From assembly GCA_025201805.1 (NCBI GenBank), contig MU619264.1, positions 62,001-126,000 on the forward strand: 64,000 nt of DNA. The letters run 5' to 3'. Each line of letters opens with the position of its first letter. The stretch's first letter is position 1. Shown one piece after another: positions 10,813 to 25,239 of this stretch. Under the pieces are notes generated by a model. That model was not told the origin of the DNA. It did no database searches and saw only the letters and a program-made list of their open reading frames with translations. The DNA is from Parasitella parasitica NRRL 2501 (Eukaryota; Fungi; Mucoromycota). The position numbers and the translations under genes were made by a program.

Positions 10813-13800
10813 CTATTCACAAATCGTACGCAACAACTCGCTTGCCAGTTCGGCCTTGACAGTTGTTTTTGTATTAAGGGAGCCAAAGTTGATTTCGCCT
10901 AATGCGCTGAATCCAATGCGCTCCAACAACATGTGGTGATGGCTCTTTCGATCAGTAGTGGCAAATGCTGGTTCGGAAGACGCTGTGATGAGAATATCCT
11001 TGACCGAATCCAATAATGTAGCATTCTGGCTGGAAACAACAACGGTATTCATCTTTGGAATAAGGGAATCATATCTATAATAAGAGAAAGAGAAAAAGTG
11101 AGCCGATCAGCAACGGTATGGTTTATTTTCCTCCATTATTCATATGAATGTTACTTACACTAGTGCAAAGACTTCTGGCGTAGAGACGGCAGCTCTAGAA
11201 AGGAATCCATACAAGAACAAGCGCTCTGCTTCATTTTCAGTGAGGTTAAGCATACCCACTAGGAACGAAACAAGGAGGATGCCAGTAGTATTATTGGGTA
11301 TATCGATGGCTCTCCAAATCACCGAGTAAATGTTGCCAGTTGCATTTATGTCATCCACATCAATATCGTCGACGCCAGCTACGCGCAGCAGTTCTATCAG
11401 GGTATCGTTCTTGGCTGCAAATGGAAGTAAACCACATAAATAGCCTAAACAATTGGCATCTATGATATTGTGCTTCAAGCATGATTTGGCTTCGATTTCC
11501 AAAAAGGTGGTGAGACAAGCGAGCACAGTGTCTCGGGCATCAGAAGAATTGAATCCTTTAAGCAGAACGCCCGCAATGGCGAAAGAAAACTGCGTATTAA
11601 AGCTAAGTCCAGCAGCCGTATCTATATCTTGGCAGATTTTGTTAAATGGTATACGAGCTTCCATTAGCGTGTCCTCCACTGACAAAGTGTCAAAGCATTT
11701 ATGGCTGTCCAACGTACGAAGAACACCATGGAGCAGTTTGGCAGCGTACGGAAAAATGCTGCTTTGGTTCATTTGGATCATCGCTATAGCAAGCCAGAAT
11801 AAAGATTTGAGATAACGAGAATTAGCCGAGAGATTGTCGATGATGTTGGTCAGACACATCAAGATACTGATCACCAAGTGTGGATTTTTATCATCGAATC
11901 GGCCCAGCTCATTCCTAAGAACTATAAGGATTTGGAACAACAAGTCATCGTCAATTTCTTCCTGGGCCAAACAGCCCAAAATGACAAAAGACCGAGGCTG
12001 CAGTGCTGGGTTGAATTGAAAAGTCATGCTGGTAACAAGACTCATCCAACGAGCATGCCATGCATTTGCAGTATCTGTATTCATGAGTAGATGAGTCATT
12101 GTATGTTACGTGGGTTTAAGCGCTGGTATCATACCTATACTTGGAGCAGCATATTTTATGGCGTCCAAGATTAAGCGAACAATCACCTCCAAAGAGCCAA
12201 GATTCATGTTTTCTACATGGTCAGTCATTGTATCCTCGGTGATAGTAAATGCATTGGCGTACGATTTACTAAGACCAAAATGAACACGGTACTTTCCATC
12301 GCAAACATCGTCAAGCACGTACTTGAGCTTTTTGCGATGACTGGTGCTGATATTCTTGTTTGTTACCAAAGAATGAATTACATTGACCACCAGTTCATGT
12401 ACAGAGGAACGAATAAATGTAGGGCCTGTAGATACAACAAGCGCAATGATATGGAACACTTCAGCGACGTACGGCTTTGGCTCGCTTTCAGAGTAAAAAG
12501 AGAGCATGAGCATAAAGCGAACAAGACAGCCTATTTCATGCCAGGCTTGGTGCTTCACCAGCGATTGCCTGCAGTTTTGAGATGTGCTGGAAAGTACACG
12601 GCGCATACGATGAATAAGTTTGCCACGAATAGCATTGCAGCTCATGGTGACAAGGGTATCGGCCATGGCCTCGGCCTGTGAAGAGCCAATACCATTTTCT
12701 ACAGAGTACAGAACGAGCGAGTCGATTACTATAGAATGAAGTTCTTCGATACCTTTGATTGTCTGCCAAATCTTTTCCTGGATATGCTGATAGGCCTGCT
12801 TAATTCGGTCAGTGCCTGTAAGGATGCTGCAAATTGTACGTATATACCTGTGATTTCTCTGCCGTCATGATAATCAGTGATCGAATCACGTCTTTAACCT
12901 TGGAAGGCTCTTTGCCATGGGGCACTAGAGTAAACAGCGCAAGGTTTTTAAGCCATGGAACCATGTAATCCAAGGTGATGAGCTGTCTAGATAGCTCGGT
13001 GCTTGATCTATTAAAACCCAAGATACATTCATTCAAGAACTCTAGTGTCAAATGCGTTTCACTGTTTGCTAAACTTTCGCTCATGTTGATAATGAAATTA
13101 TTGCTATTGGCAGGAATACAGAGATCTATATGCAAAAAAAAAAAAAAAAAAAGGTTCAGCTTTGACAAACAAAATACCTTTGATTTTACAACAATTACCT
13201 CTCGCATTGATTAGTTTATCATCAATGCCAAACCTGAAAGAAATACACAAAGAACAAAGCAAGCTGTACGCAGCAGAACGAAGAGATGAATCTTCTGAAC
13301 CAATATTGAGCAGCGCCATGTTGAGGATACGGCCTGGCACATCGGTAGGACGGATGCCATGATGGACTTCGGTAAGATTTGATTCAAAGTTCTTTTTCCT
13401 ATCCACAAGATACTGCGCAGGTACAATATATACAATGATTAATCGTTTGGTCGAATGCAACCGCCGATCATACCAACCTTGTAAACCTCTTCACGATTAG
13501 GCACAACAAGAATCATGGTTGTTTTCCCTGTATCATATGTTATATGAATCTCTCCTTCTGTCGATGCCTTTTTCGTGGGTGGAATAGCTGGTAAAAACAC
13601 ATCAGTGATATCAGTCATGCCAAACACATTGTTCAGAATGGTGTTTAGGCTCCAGAATATCTCTTGTTCCCGAACCTACAGACATGTCAGACATTCGTAG
13701 GATGCATTGTAGTCCTGGTTTTACCGTGGTAATGATAATGTATTCAGGGCCAATTTTGACCTTGACTGGGATCATTGCCTTGAAATTGGTAACTAGAAAT

Positions 13801-16800
13801 GCGTTTGTAATTGACATGCCAGTCTCCTTTTCGATTTCATCTAAAAAAAAGCAGAGTAAGAGATGTGTCTTCAAAATTGATTGTATGCCCTATTCGGCTC
13901 CTACATGTTTCCTTGGGTAATCTTATTTCGGACAGGGCGATAAAGGTGGTCAATTCGCCAATAGTAATGGCAAAGCGAGTGCGTTTTACCAGCTTGTTAG
14001 TCAGTACTCGAGGCAGCTTTCGAATATAATGTTGCATGTGGAAATTTGGATTGAATAGATGGAGCATGACGAGATAGTCATTCATTTCACTAAAGACTAG
14101 CTGGAAAAATTGATTCAGCCAGTGTATGGGTACTTCGATGTCTTCGGTAAACCTAGACAAATCGAACAGCAACTCGAAGGGATGGTTAAGATATGGCTCC
14201 ATAATCTAAACAACATTTGTTAACAGTGATGTATCTATAGTATATATATATTTATTTACCCGGAGCATGTAGTATATCAGTAGCTCATAATCAAAGTTTT
14301 CACCAACCACATTACGAGTAATCATGTAGAACACAGGTCTACCGCCTCTAGAAACACCGCCCTGATAGAAAACATTAAGCGAGCTAATGTAGCTTAGATC
14401 TCTGTGCTTATTACGACGCATGAACTCGCTATAGTAGTTGTTTCCATTAACAAGGGCATAATTTCTAGCCGTGTGGACTTCGTTTTGAGCCAATTCGCTT
14501 GGAGGGCCTAATTGCGCCAACAGGTTTGACAGTTTGTCCATGGTTCGCTTCCACTCAAGTAACTTTTGTGTATCAGAGCTGCTCCGGGCGCGACGGACAG
14601 ACAGATCTCTCGAGATCTTGTCCAGATTGTCAGACATGTAACGATGCAGCTTCATAAATGAAATGTTGTCCATGCGCACTCCCCGTGATTCGACCTTACT
14701 CCCTTGATCATTCTCAGGCACAACCGAGATTTCTCGGAGAAAGCTGGCAACTCTGTACAAATTGCCAGTGATAAAGTCATTCAACGAAATCAGATGCGTC
14801 TCCTTGGCTCCAAACATCATGTTGTTGGCCAAGTTTTGCATCATACGAGTTGCTTGTAAGAGCAGTTTACGCACCATCTTGGATTTCGGAAGGGCTGCCT
14901 TGGAGAATCCAGAAATTTCTGGCGTCAAAATGGCTGGATTGAATAGTCGCAGAAACACAAACCCGCCAACGGCAGTCTTGGACGCATCAGGAAATCGTCT
15001 GTTGACAGCCTGAACGATTAACGAGAGTCCCTGACGAAATATTCTATAAATGTTTATAATACATGTCCAGAGAGCTCAGTCGATGGAATTCAAAATACAC
15101 GCACACAGCACAATCATTATATATTTGTATATATATATGATTATATAAATACCTTGGTGCACTAGACGTCGAGTTGCATATGGCATCTAGAAAGATTTCG
15201 GTAGCGCGACACACATTCTGCTTGTTCACTAAAACGCTCTCGTTGGGATTCAGTTTTTGAGGGTCCATCTCCCAGGTAAGATTCTCGTCGGGCAACGCAT
15301 TGATGAGTTCCATGGCTGGCTGTAAAGTCAGCCGAATGTAATCAAGGCATGTTTCACGGGCAAAGATGGAGAGGATGCGAGTAGTCATGTTTGTTCCTCT
15401 GAATAACGTGGCTTCTTGTTCTACATGAAAAATACAGGATGAGTATACCCGAGCGAACAACGGGATCATTAGTCAATTAAATATGCTCTACCTGTAGACG
15501 ACACCTCTCTGTCAATGAATGCTTTCAAAAGCACCAACACCTTGCTTCTAGACTCAAAACAGCTAAGCAAGACTTCTGCCACGCCTGGTGCGTCTGATGA
15601 GGGACACACATCACACAAGGCCATTGCAACATCAATGTCAGAGCCAACAATGATCTATAGAGAATGCAGGGCTTTTAGTGAGGAGAAGGTCATGTTTGTC
15701 TTTTTTTTTTTTTTTTTNNNNNNNNNNTTTTTCTCGTTGTACATACCTCAACAAGGTTTTCATAGCGATCAGCAATGATATTGTCTGCCAATGTGTCAAA
15801 CTGTGCTCCCTGGTTCAGGATGTTGGACAGCACCTGCATAAAGGCAGTTCTTGTGCGAGCGTCTTCATGGTAGCCCATAGCCAAAGTTGATTTCAAGCCT
15901 GCGTCTACATTTGCGCTCAGTAGGTTTGATATAGCGTTCACAGCCGATTCCTTCAAGGGGCCCCAATATTGATAAGAGTCCGAGGATTTGGTGGATAGGC
16001 TGTGTAATTCGCGCTGTGTCTTTAGTAAAACATTCGACCCTGCCCGTAAAACTGTGTTTGTCCCTGCTTCGTATCGATGACATCTATCCAGCAGCTGTGT
16101 GAAAAAGGTAAAGTACTTTTGAAACAGTCGATTCTTGTTCATGGTGCGATCGGCATCTCTGGTCTGATCTGGTGTTTGCAGCGGCAGTTTGTGTAGGATA
16201 GCGACAATGGCCTTTAGACACACCTGATCCAAGTCGTGCTGCACTTCTTTATTCTGCGAGCTAATAGACATGGTGGTGGTCGACTTGTTTACGACTCGCT
16301 ACGTAAATTAACACGAGATTTATAAGCCTGAAACGCATTGACGCACACTCAAAAGCTTACCAAGGTGAAATCGCTCGTCCACTCTACTATAATTTCTAGG
16401 AGTTTGTTGCGCACTCGGACATCGTCTCTTATAATCACCTGCTCTTTCTTTAGCATCAACACCTCTGTTAAATGACACATCATGATCATTGTTCGCATCG
16501 TTGTAAAATTCTCGTGTGGCAGTCGATTGATGTAGTTTGCCAGTTGCAGAATAAGCGTGCTGAAATCTGTGCTTAGCAAACAATCGTTCGGGTCTGTCAG
16601 GCGGTCCAAGATCATCTTTAGTACCAACACGGTCTGCTCAACAAACAACGTATTGGTGTTGTCACAAACAACCTCGCCGTTAGACGTGAAGCAGTTGGCC
16701 ATTGTCGACTCTAAATGGCGGAACAGAATACAGTACAGACTAGGCGACAGATCGCTCCCCAAAGTGTCTTTTATGCCTTCCCTCACCACTACGTTTTCCG

Positions 16801-19800
16801 AAGTCAACAAATCAATCATGTCTATAATAAATCTTTCAATGATGATGGGCTGGCGGTTTGGCGACGCAATTCGCTCATTGCTGGTTTTGGATCGCTTATC
16901 GTCAAAGTCATCGTCCACCATGTCAGCAGCTAAACGACTACCGCCAAGAGCAGCCAAAAAGCCCGTGTAATTTTGCCATTCTGTCTGTTTCTCATCATCT
17001 GTTTCGATTCGTCCTACAGGAACAGGCGTAGAGCGCACGGCTGAGGTGCGAAGCTTGTCATGTCGAACCAGTCCGCCAATCTTTTTGACAGAAGACGTGG
17101 ATGGCACTGTCATGTTTACAGTATCGTTCACATCCTTTAGCGAATCCATGCCAAATCGACAAACAACCTGCGTCAGCAACTTCCATCGCTTCCACACTTC
17201 TTCCCAGGCTGTCAATACACCAGGCGTAGGTGCTGTCATCATACGCAAGTATTTACGCACTCGTTTCTGCTGAGCCTTTCTGCCCACAAAGGGCTGTTTG
17301 CGCCCCTGGGCCACTGGCTCCTCGTACGATAGATGTTCATAAATGTCGATATTGTGGCTGAATCCGACCATACTTTGGCTGCTGCGTGATGCTGTATCCA
17401 CCAAGACATCCTCGTCGACCAACTTGGTCTCGGTGCACATGTACCCTAGACATTTTACTGCCATGGAACAGATGTCGGGTATAGGCGAGCACAGCGATAC
17501 CAACAGTGCGATTTCAAGCGTCACACTGGCTTGCAATCGCTCGTGCGCCTCTGTGTTTCCACAAGGAGTGTCCTGTTTTGCATAAAATCAATATGTTTGC
17601 ACCTTTTTTTTTCTTATTTTATTTTACCATAATATCGCTTAAAAACGCATTCCTCGAGACCAATATCTTTGACAGTAAATCCAACAGAGACTTTAGATAT
17701 TCTTCGTTGGTGCGATTGTCCAGAACTTGGCGCGCAATGCTTAGGATTGTCTGCGATGATATTCTCCAGAAATTATTGACTGCAGTGGATGGCGGCCCCC
17801 AATGTTTAATGTTGGAGGAGCCATGCAGTTGCGCCAGACAATCAGCAGCACATCTCCTTACTCGTCTGTCTGTATGTCTCATTAAGCTAATCAGCGACGT
17901 CATGAAGGACGCATTTCCATCTACTCGGCCTTGATCTTCGTCGTTCCCCTAGTGTGTTGTCACGTACAAAATTAATACGCATTACAGTTCAGCATTACGC
18001 ATCTACATAAGCTTACCAGTAGGGCACTTAATGGGTCCAGTCTGAACAGTTTAAGCATGCTCTGTAGCAACGTTGCCACCTGCTGCTGATTCGTCCTTCT
18101 GTCCGGGCTGCTACTAATGGTACCATTTACCTTTTTAGACGAGCTGTGTGCCAGGACTATTGGCGATGAGCTGAATTCGGCTTTTACTGTTTGTATAAAT
18201 ATGCGTCTCAAGGGCGTACAAATTGAATCGTACATTGAATTGATGGCAGGGTTCCAAGGCAATTTCTTTTCTTCTAACGTAACGCTGAGGCAAGCATTGA
18301 CAAAGGCCTGCTTGAATACGATTGGGACGCCCTCTTCCAAAAGAGTAGGCACTAACGTGGAGAGTGTCTTTTCGTGGTCGAGCTGCAGTCTGGAGAGAAA
18401 GTAGTCTGTCACCAAGGCTTGATGACTAATGGTGTAGCCCAAACCAGACGACAGCGTGTCCATGGCGGAGGAGCGCGAGAAATCCCAGACTTTCTCTTTC
18501 AAAACATCCTCTACGTCGGCGGCAATGTGTCGCAGAATGCTGTCTTCTTCAGGTGATATAAACGTGGCGGCCTTGCAAAGGTCGACGTAGCAAATGGCTG
18601 CGATCTCTTGCGTCCGAGCTGACTGCAGCGCCTTCTTTAGCTGAAGGGGAAATGTAGTCTAAAAGCGGGGTCGACTGTGTTACATTACACTGCAAAAGAA
18701 AAAACACACTGTATAATATACTCACTCGTCTGTTTTGCAAACCTCTATCGTCCAAAAAAGCTTGCACTAGGAGATCGGGCGAGAGCGCCAGAAGGATTGT
18801 TTGCAGCGGCCATAGTATCGACTTTTTGCGAGAACTATCAGCAGCAACATTGCACATGTCAAAAAGTATCTCTGAACCAGCCAAAGGTCTACTCGTGCTA
18901 CTACTGGCGCATATTTCAGCAAACTGATATGGCTTCATTTCCATCCATTTCCAGATGGCCATGCGCAGCATTTTGGCAAATAGCAATTTGCCCTGGCTCT
19001 TCATATTCAGAAAATAGGGACTCAGATCTATTTATTATGCAGAGGATGAGTACAATGATTCTTGTGTGTGTGTGCGTGTGTGTGTGTGTGTGTGCTGTGG
19101 GCGGCATATAAGCAATTTACACCTACCAGATAAAATCGTGTGTAATTTAGGTATATTTAGACATGTGAATGCGAGAATCCTCACTTCTGGAGGATTCGTA
19201 TCAGAGCTCTCGCCTACAGAGTCGAGGATATTTACAGCGTTTTTGATTTTTGCAAAGTAGGAACTCCAATTGCTTGCACTAATGTAATACAAAACTTTGC
19301 CAGATGTTGTGTACACTTCTCGAATATACTCCATTGCTTGCGGATCGACTTTGGAAGCTGTGGCCAAGGCTTCGTTTGTGTGCTCGGACGACAATAGCGA
19401 AAGCTGCTCGTTTCTTTCTTCAATCACATGCATTTGATTCAGGAATCGACTCATCAGAGACAATAAAAATGTAACCAAGGTCTCGTCCAGTGGCGGTGGA
19501 TCAATGCTGATGTCAGGCTTCAAGCCGCCATTCGCTGATCTGGCCGATAATGTCGAGGAAGAGGATGAGGCTGCGGCAATGCTGCTTCCGCTGTAGGTGC
19601 CGGTGGCTGCTGCTGCTGCTTTCGCTTCGTCGGTGTTGTTGGTTTCCCGAGATATTTGGATAGATTGTCTCTTGTGCCATGACCAATGGTGTTGCAGGCA
19701 TGCTGATAATAATCGAAGGACAAACAACTGAGATTGTAATACGTCCAAGGGAACATTAGGGTCTTCGTGAGCTTGTGGTGAGGGTTGAGTATTCTGCCAG

Positions 19801-20197
19801 AAAGTTAGTAATAAGATCATGGTATACCTCTGCGTAGACTGGGTTACCTGGGATATCGACTCCAGGGCAAGGCCGATCTGGTTCAAGATGATTGGCAGCG
19901 TATGAATCGATAATTCAATGATGGCAGCAACTGTATATTGTATTCATTAGTTGACCAGTATCCGCCACGATGGCCACGCAAACTGACCTGTTTGTTGAGT
20001 AATTGGATCCTGCTCCAATACCTCGATTGAGCGGCCTGCATTGTTTATTGGCAACTATTGTGGCAAACGTAAATCAGAAAATCAGCGCTTTGCTAGTGCA
20101 CTCCCCCCTCCCCGCCCAATTTGCAATCGCTACCACATACTCTAACTTCGACTCTTTTTATCAAGCTAACAATCAGTTTGGTGTTGGCTCTCATCAT
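10813..20197 (-). CDS. NF1: Neurofibromin/Ira-like RasGAP with Sec14-PH module, multi-exon
   Basis: Arginine finger LFRGTNM, FLRLFNPAILTP, MQNLAN; Sec14-like FYQGGVSRGGRPVFY; RPTDVPGRILNMALLN; HLTLEFLNE; FQFNPALQPRSFVILGCL; EWQNYTGFLAALGG. The junctions checked are in-frame GT-AG. Confidence 0.93.
19064..19093. repeat. (GT)n microsatellite in an NF1 intron (other simple repeats at ~10383-10415 AT, ~20863-20886 GT, ~33924-33947 GT)
   Basis: Direct reading. Confidence 0.9.
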
Positions 20198-20996
20198 AAA
20201 ATGGAAAGAAATCAGGAACACAAAGAAAGGGTTATATTTGAAGTTGTCGTTTTCAGGGGCTAAGAGTGTGAGGATTAAATAAAGCAAAAAGAGAGGAGGG
20301 AAAGAGAAAGTACGAGAAGAGAATAAATTAAAAAGCAAAAATACACTGTGCAACAGAGCCGCTGTTCTGATCAAAAAAAAGTCTCTTTCTTGCACTTTCT
20401 CTCGCCCAAACTCATCGCCCTCTTAACCTTCTTTGCCGCTCATAATCCAATCGCATTTGCTTGTACCACGATTGTGTTATTGTATAATATGCCCATTTTT
20501 CTTGAAAAAAAAAACTGATGATTTTTTCATTTCTACTGTTGTCAAACAGATCATCTGATGTCGACTGAATTGGGCTTTTTCTGTGTGCATCAGCTTTTTC
20601 AAGAGCAACAATTGCTTGATATTTATCACAGCATTTGCCAATCACATTGCAAGGTGATACAGCCCAACATTGCTAAACTAAGCCAAAAACATTTGAAGGA
20701 GACTAGCGAGAAATACAAGAAATAAATTAAGACTTTTTTTCCCCTTGGGACAAAAAAAGTATATACCTTGTTATGGTAACCAAGAGTTTTTTGTGAGTTT
20801 AATACACACAGATTACGGTGTTGTAGGGTGTTGCTGATTTGTGCGCTACAATGCGCCCAATATGTGTGTGTGTGTGTGTGTGTGTGATCTGGCGGCCTCC
20901 AGCAACCTTCGCACCCGGCCAGGCGATGAATGTCCGACTACAGGCCATTCATGACAGCCATGTAATAAATACGCATTTCATTTTGCACATTTAACC

Positions 20997-23142
20997 ATGT
21001 TTTCCAAGTTGGCAGTATCCAAGAAGCATGGATTAAGACTCTTTGCCACTAAATCTGCAATATCTACCAAAGGCTTTATCAAAGAAGGTTGGGAAGCTGT
21101 CATTGGCATTGAAGTGCACGCTCAAATTAACACCAAAACAAAGCTATTCTCTGGTATTTTATAAAACCGTGTAGGTCTCTTCCAATCTATTTTGCTAAAA
21201 ACTTTCAAAAAATATAGACTCGTCAACCTCTTACAATGATAAAGTCAATACACATGTATCTTCTATAGATGCCGCATTCCCAGGCGTTCAACCAGTAAGC
21301 GCTGCGTTCAGCATTGCTATATATTTGCGAACTGACAAAAATCTAGCGACTTAACGACAAAGCTGTCGAATTGGCGGTTAAAACCGCTCTTGCACTGCAA
21401 GGACAAGTACAGAAGAAATCGACATTTGACCGCAAACATTATTTCTACCCAGATCTGCCGCAAGGATACCAAATAACACAGCAAAGAGGTACAGTGTATA
21501 CCAAGCATGGACAGTTGGGTAAAAATCGAAACTGATTGTATTACGGGGTATACAGAACCTATTTCCAAAGGAGGGTTCGTCATGCTGACCGAAAACGATG
21601 GCGCTTCGAAACCAATCAAGATTGGTATTCATCAGTTACAAATTGAGCAAGATACTGGTAAAAGTTTCCATGATATGCGACCTGGGGAGACATTACTTGA
21701 TCTCAACAGAGCAGGCACTGGGTTGATGGAGATTGTTACAAACCCTGATTTGAGGTACCTATGACATTTTCTTTGTATATTTTAGCACGCAGAGTATCTC
21801 AATGATCAATCTAGATCGTCACTTGAAGCCGGATTGCTAGTAAAGAAGTTGCAAAATATACTGCAGTGGGTTGGGTCATCCAAAGCCAATTTAGAGGAAG
21901 GATCAATGCGCTGCGATGTGAATGTGTCAGTGAGAAGAAAGGGAGAAGAGTTTGGAACTCGTTGCGAGCTGAAAAACTTGAACCGAATCCGTACTTTGTC
22001 TATGGCCATTGACGCAGAGATCAAAAGACAGATCCAAGTGATTGAAGATGGTGGAGAGATTCAAGTGGAAACCCGTAGATACGACGAGGAAAAGGATATT
22101 ACATTCAGACTGAGAGACAAAGAGTCTGCACCAGATTACAGATACATGCCCGAGCCCGATTTACCTCCTCTTTTACTATCACAAGTGAGGGCTGTTTATG
22201 TTTATCATGCAGCATATACACTAAGTTTTTATTTATTTATTTTTTGTAGGAGTACATTGACAACATTGCAGGCAGTTTATCAGAATTGCCAGATGTTTGT
22301 CTGGAGAGAATTATGAAGCAATACGACCTTAGTCTTCTAAGTGCAAATCTATTACTGCATGAATACAAGTGTGTGGATTATTTTGAAAAGGTACTTTTTT
22401 TCTTTTTTTTTTGTTCACCCCACGGTTTGTTTCATTCAGTTTAATAACAACATAGACGTGCAAAGGCCGTAATGCTAAAATTGTCTCCAATTGGTAAGCC
22501 GATGCTATTTTCAATCAACAGCTGTATTGTAACGGGAATACCTCAACCTTTGTAGGACACTGAATGAACTTTCGGGAGCATTATCCGCCGAAGGAATTTC
22601 GTTCCAGGACAACCCTATTTCTGTGAAACGTTTTGGAGATCTACTTGATCTTGTTCAAAAAGGAACTATTACGGGTACTAGCCCTCCTATGCTATTCTAG
22701 CTCTTTGTTACTAAATATACATCATACGCAGGAAATACTGGCAAAGATGTATTAAAGCTAATGGTAGCAAATTCATCTGACCCAATGGATATCGTTAAAG
22801 AAAAGGGGTGGCTAAAAATCAACGATTTAGATCAGCTAAGTGTCCTCTGTAAGGAGCTCATAGATAAGAACGCAGAAAAAGTGAGCTACTCATCGAAATG
22901 ATATCCAAGTTTATTCACCTTACATTTCTTAGGCCAAGTCTGTGCAAAATGGAGATTCCAAGATTTTCAAATGGTTCATTGGCCAAGCAATGGGTCGTAC
23001 GAGAGGAATGGCTGATCCTGGCTCTTTAAATCAGGCTATGAGTATATGTTTAGGTTGGAGCTCTTACGAAGAAATGGCTGCTGCTACTTTGGCAACAGGT
23101 GCCAAAGTTAAAGGAAAAGGCAAAAAAAAGAGAGATTCGTGA
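20997..23142 (+). CDS. PET112: Glutamyl-tRNA(Gln) amidotransferase subunit B, mitochondrial, multi-exon
   Basis: [69 protein letters not shown]; basic N-terminal presequence. Confidence 0.95.
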
Positions 23143-23756
23143 ACAATAGGATACTTTTTTTTTTTTTTTTTTTTACAGCGCACTTGTATGGGCCATATTC
23201 TTTCATTTTGAGACCAATGTTATCAATTAAAGTGCTTTCAAAAAGATGAAATGAATAGCGTACGTCTCGTTGAAGATTTGCAAGACGCATGATGAATACG
23301 GCAGAGGTAACAGGAAAGAGCAATGCACCCGAGTACGCACCTTCTAAGCTGTTTACAGAATCTTAATCAGCTTACTCTCGTACTGAATCCACACTGCTTA
23401 AAGCATCCCACAGTGAACGTTTTCTCGTCTTGAATGGGTTGCTCGTTGCTCATCCTTTGAAATGAAAATTAATCAAAGTGAATTATACTTTTTGTTAATA
23501 GCCATCAACCGATAAAACATTGGTTTTAATGGCTCCATTGGATAAAAGCAGATTATTCTTCGATATACTCCATGTTCAAACAGCCTCCTGAGCAAAATTA
23601 TTCTAAAGTTTATTTTTTGGATTCTGGCGCAGCTCTTCTTTGCAAAGCTATATGTCAGTCTTTGTATGTAAAGCAGAGAACCTTACCATGTAATTATTGG
23701 CATAGTATATTTAAGATAATAGTAGTTTTTTCTAAATAGAGTCATCTTCTACATCT

Positions 23757-25081
23757 TTACTCGTCTTTGGGGGGTTTTCCCAATAAAGCGTGGTTGATAT
23801 CAATTGGTGGCAGTTTTGAGGATGCAGCACGGCGAGATTCCTGTTGTAAAGCAGCACTAGAGTTGATATTATGTTAGTAAACACAAATCAGTTTTCCCTC
23901 CAAGATAAATCGATGTAGCTTACTCCATAATAACAAGAGAGGCCATTGCTTCAACAATTGGCACAGCACGAGACACGACGCAAGGATCATGACGACCCTT
24001 GGCAGCCAAAATACCAGTGACACCATCATAGTTGGCTGTAGTCTGATCTTGAGAAATAGTCGCAGCAGGTTTGAAAGCAACACGGAAGTAGATGTTCTCA
24101 CCATTGCTAATACCGCCCTGAACACCACCAGAATTGTTTGTAGTTGTGCCTATGGAGCCATCTTCTTTCATGTAGAAAGGATCGTTATGGTCATGACCAG
24201 CCATCTTGGTACCGCTGAAACCTGAACCAAACTCGAATCCTTTAGTAGCAGGGATTGACAGCATGGCATGAGCCAAGATAGCCTCCAATTTATCAAAGCA
24301 AGGCTCACCCAAGCCGATTGGACAGTTGCGAATAACACAAGTGACAGTACCACCGACAGAGTCTCTTTCATGAGATTTCTCGGCAATGACCTTCTTCATA
24401 GCCTCAGCTGTAGCAGGATGAGGACAGCGAGAGATATCAGCATCGACATCTTCACGAGAGATGGTGTTCATGAATTCAATCAGCTCTGGTTCAGCAGTGT
24501 CGCTGTTTTCAAGCTCACTGATGAAGGGCATAGCGACCTTACCTACGCTGGACGCAAATGCAACAATTTCAACGTTGTATGCCAAACGCAAGTACTTTTC
24601 AGCAATGGCACCGGCAGCTACACGGCCAATTGTTTCGCGAGCAGACGCTCTTCCGCCGCCACTGGATGCCTTGAGTCCATATTTTTGAAGGTAGGTATAA
24701 TCAGCATGAGAAGGGCGAGGATAAATGTCGGTGCCGCTGTAATCGTGAGGACGCTGATCCAAGTTGGGAACTTGAATGCCAATGGGAGTACCTAAAGTGA
24801 CACCAAACTCGGTACCAGACATGATGGTAACCTTGTCTTTCTCATCACGCTTGAGGCCCCCCTCTTCTTGTTAGTCGTCAAGGTTGCTGCGTTTGTATTA
24901 AAAATCTACTTACAGGCGTTGTCAGCTTATTTTGGCCAGGTCTTCGACGAGTAAGCTGGGGCTGGATGTCGGCTTCTGTCAACTGCATGCCAGGAGGAAC
25001 ACCATCAATAATGGCTCCAACACCCTTACAGTGAGATTCACCATAGGTTGTGACACGGAAAAGCTTGCCAAAAGAACTCAT
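23757..25081 (-). CDS. ARO2: Chorismate synthase, 3 exons
   Basis: [50 protein letters not shown]. Confidence 0.97.
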
Positions 25082-25172
25082 TTTGAAAGAGGATGCAAGA
25101 AGAAGGGTAGAAACTAAAATCTTTCCAGGAAGAAGATCAATCAACCAAATCGATTATCTAGTCACCCGGAGC

Positions 25173-25180
25173 TGACTCAT
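25173..25180. promoter_or_regulatory. Gcn4/CpcA-type site TGACTCAT upstream of chorismate synthase
   Basis: Full AP-1-like site ~90-100 bp upstream of the ARO2 ATG, an amino-acid biosynthesis gene. Confidence 0.55.
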
Positions 25181-25239
25181 ATTACGCTGTACCAGATTCA
25201 CAAATCAAAATAGTGACATTTTATATTTATTCAAGGTAA

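Noticed and set aside
23289-23386. Possible C/D snoRNA (ATGATGA...CTGA) with a short match to the LSU sarcin-ricin loop
   Set aside because: The complementarity overlaps the putative D box itself and there is no clear terminal stem or C'/D' boxes.
24268-24795. Long antisense ORFs over ARO2, IMPDH and NF1
   Set aside because: Shadow ORFs produced by codon bias of the sense genes; no domain features.
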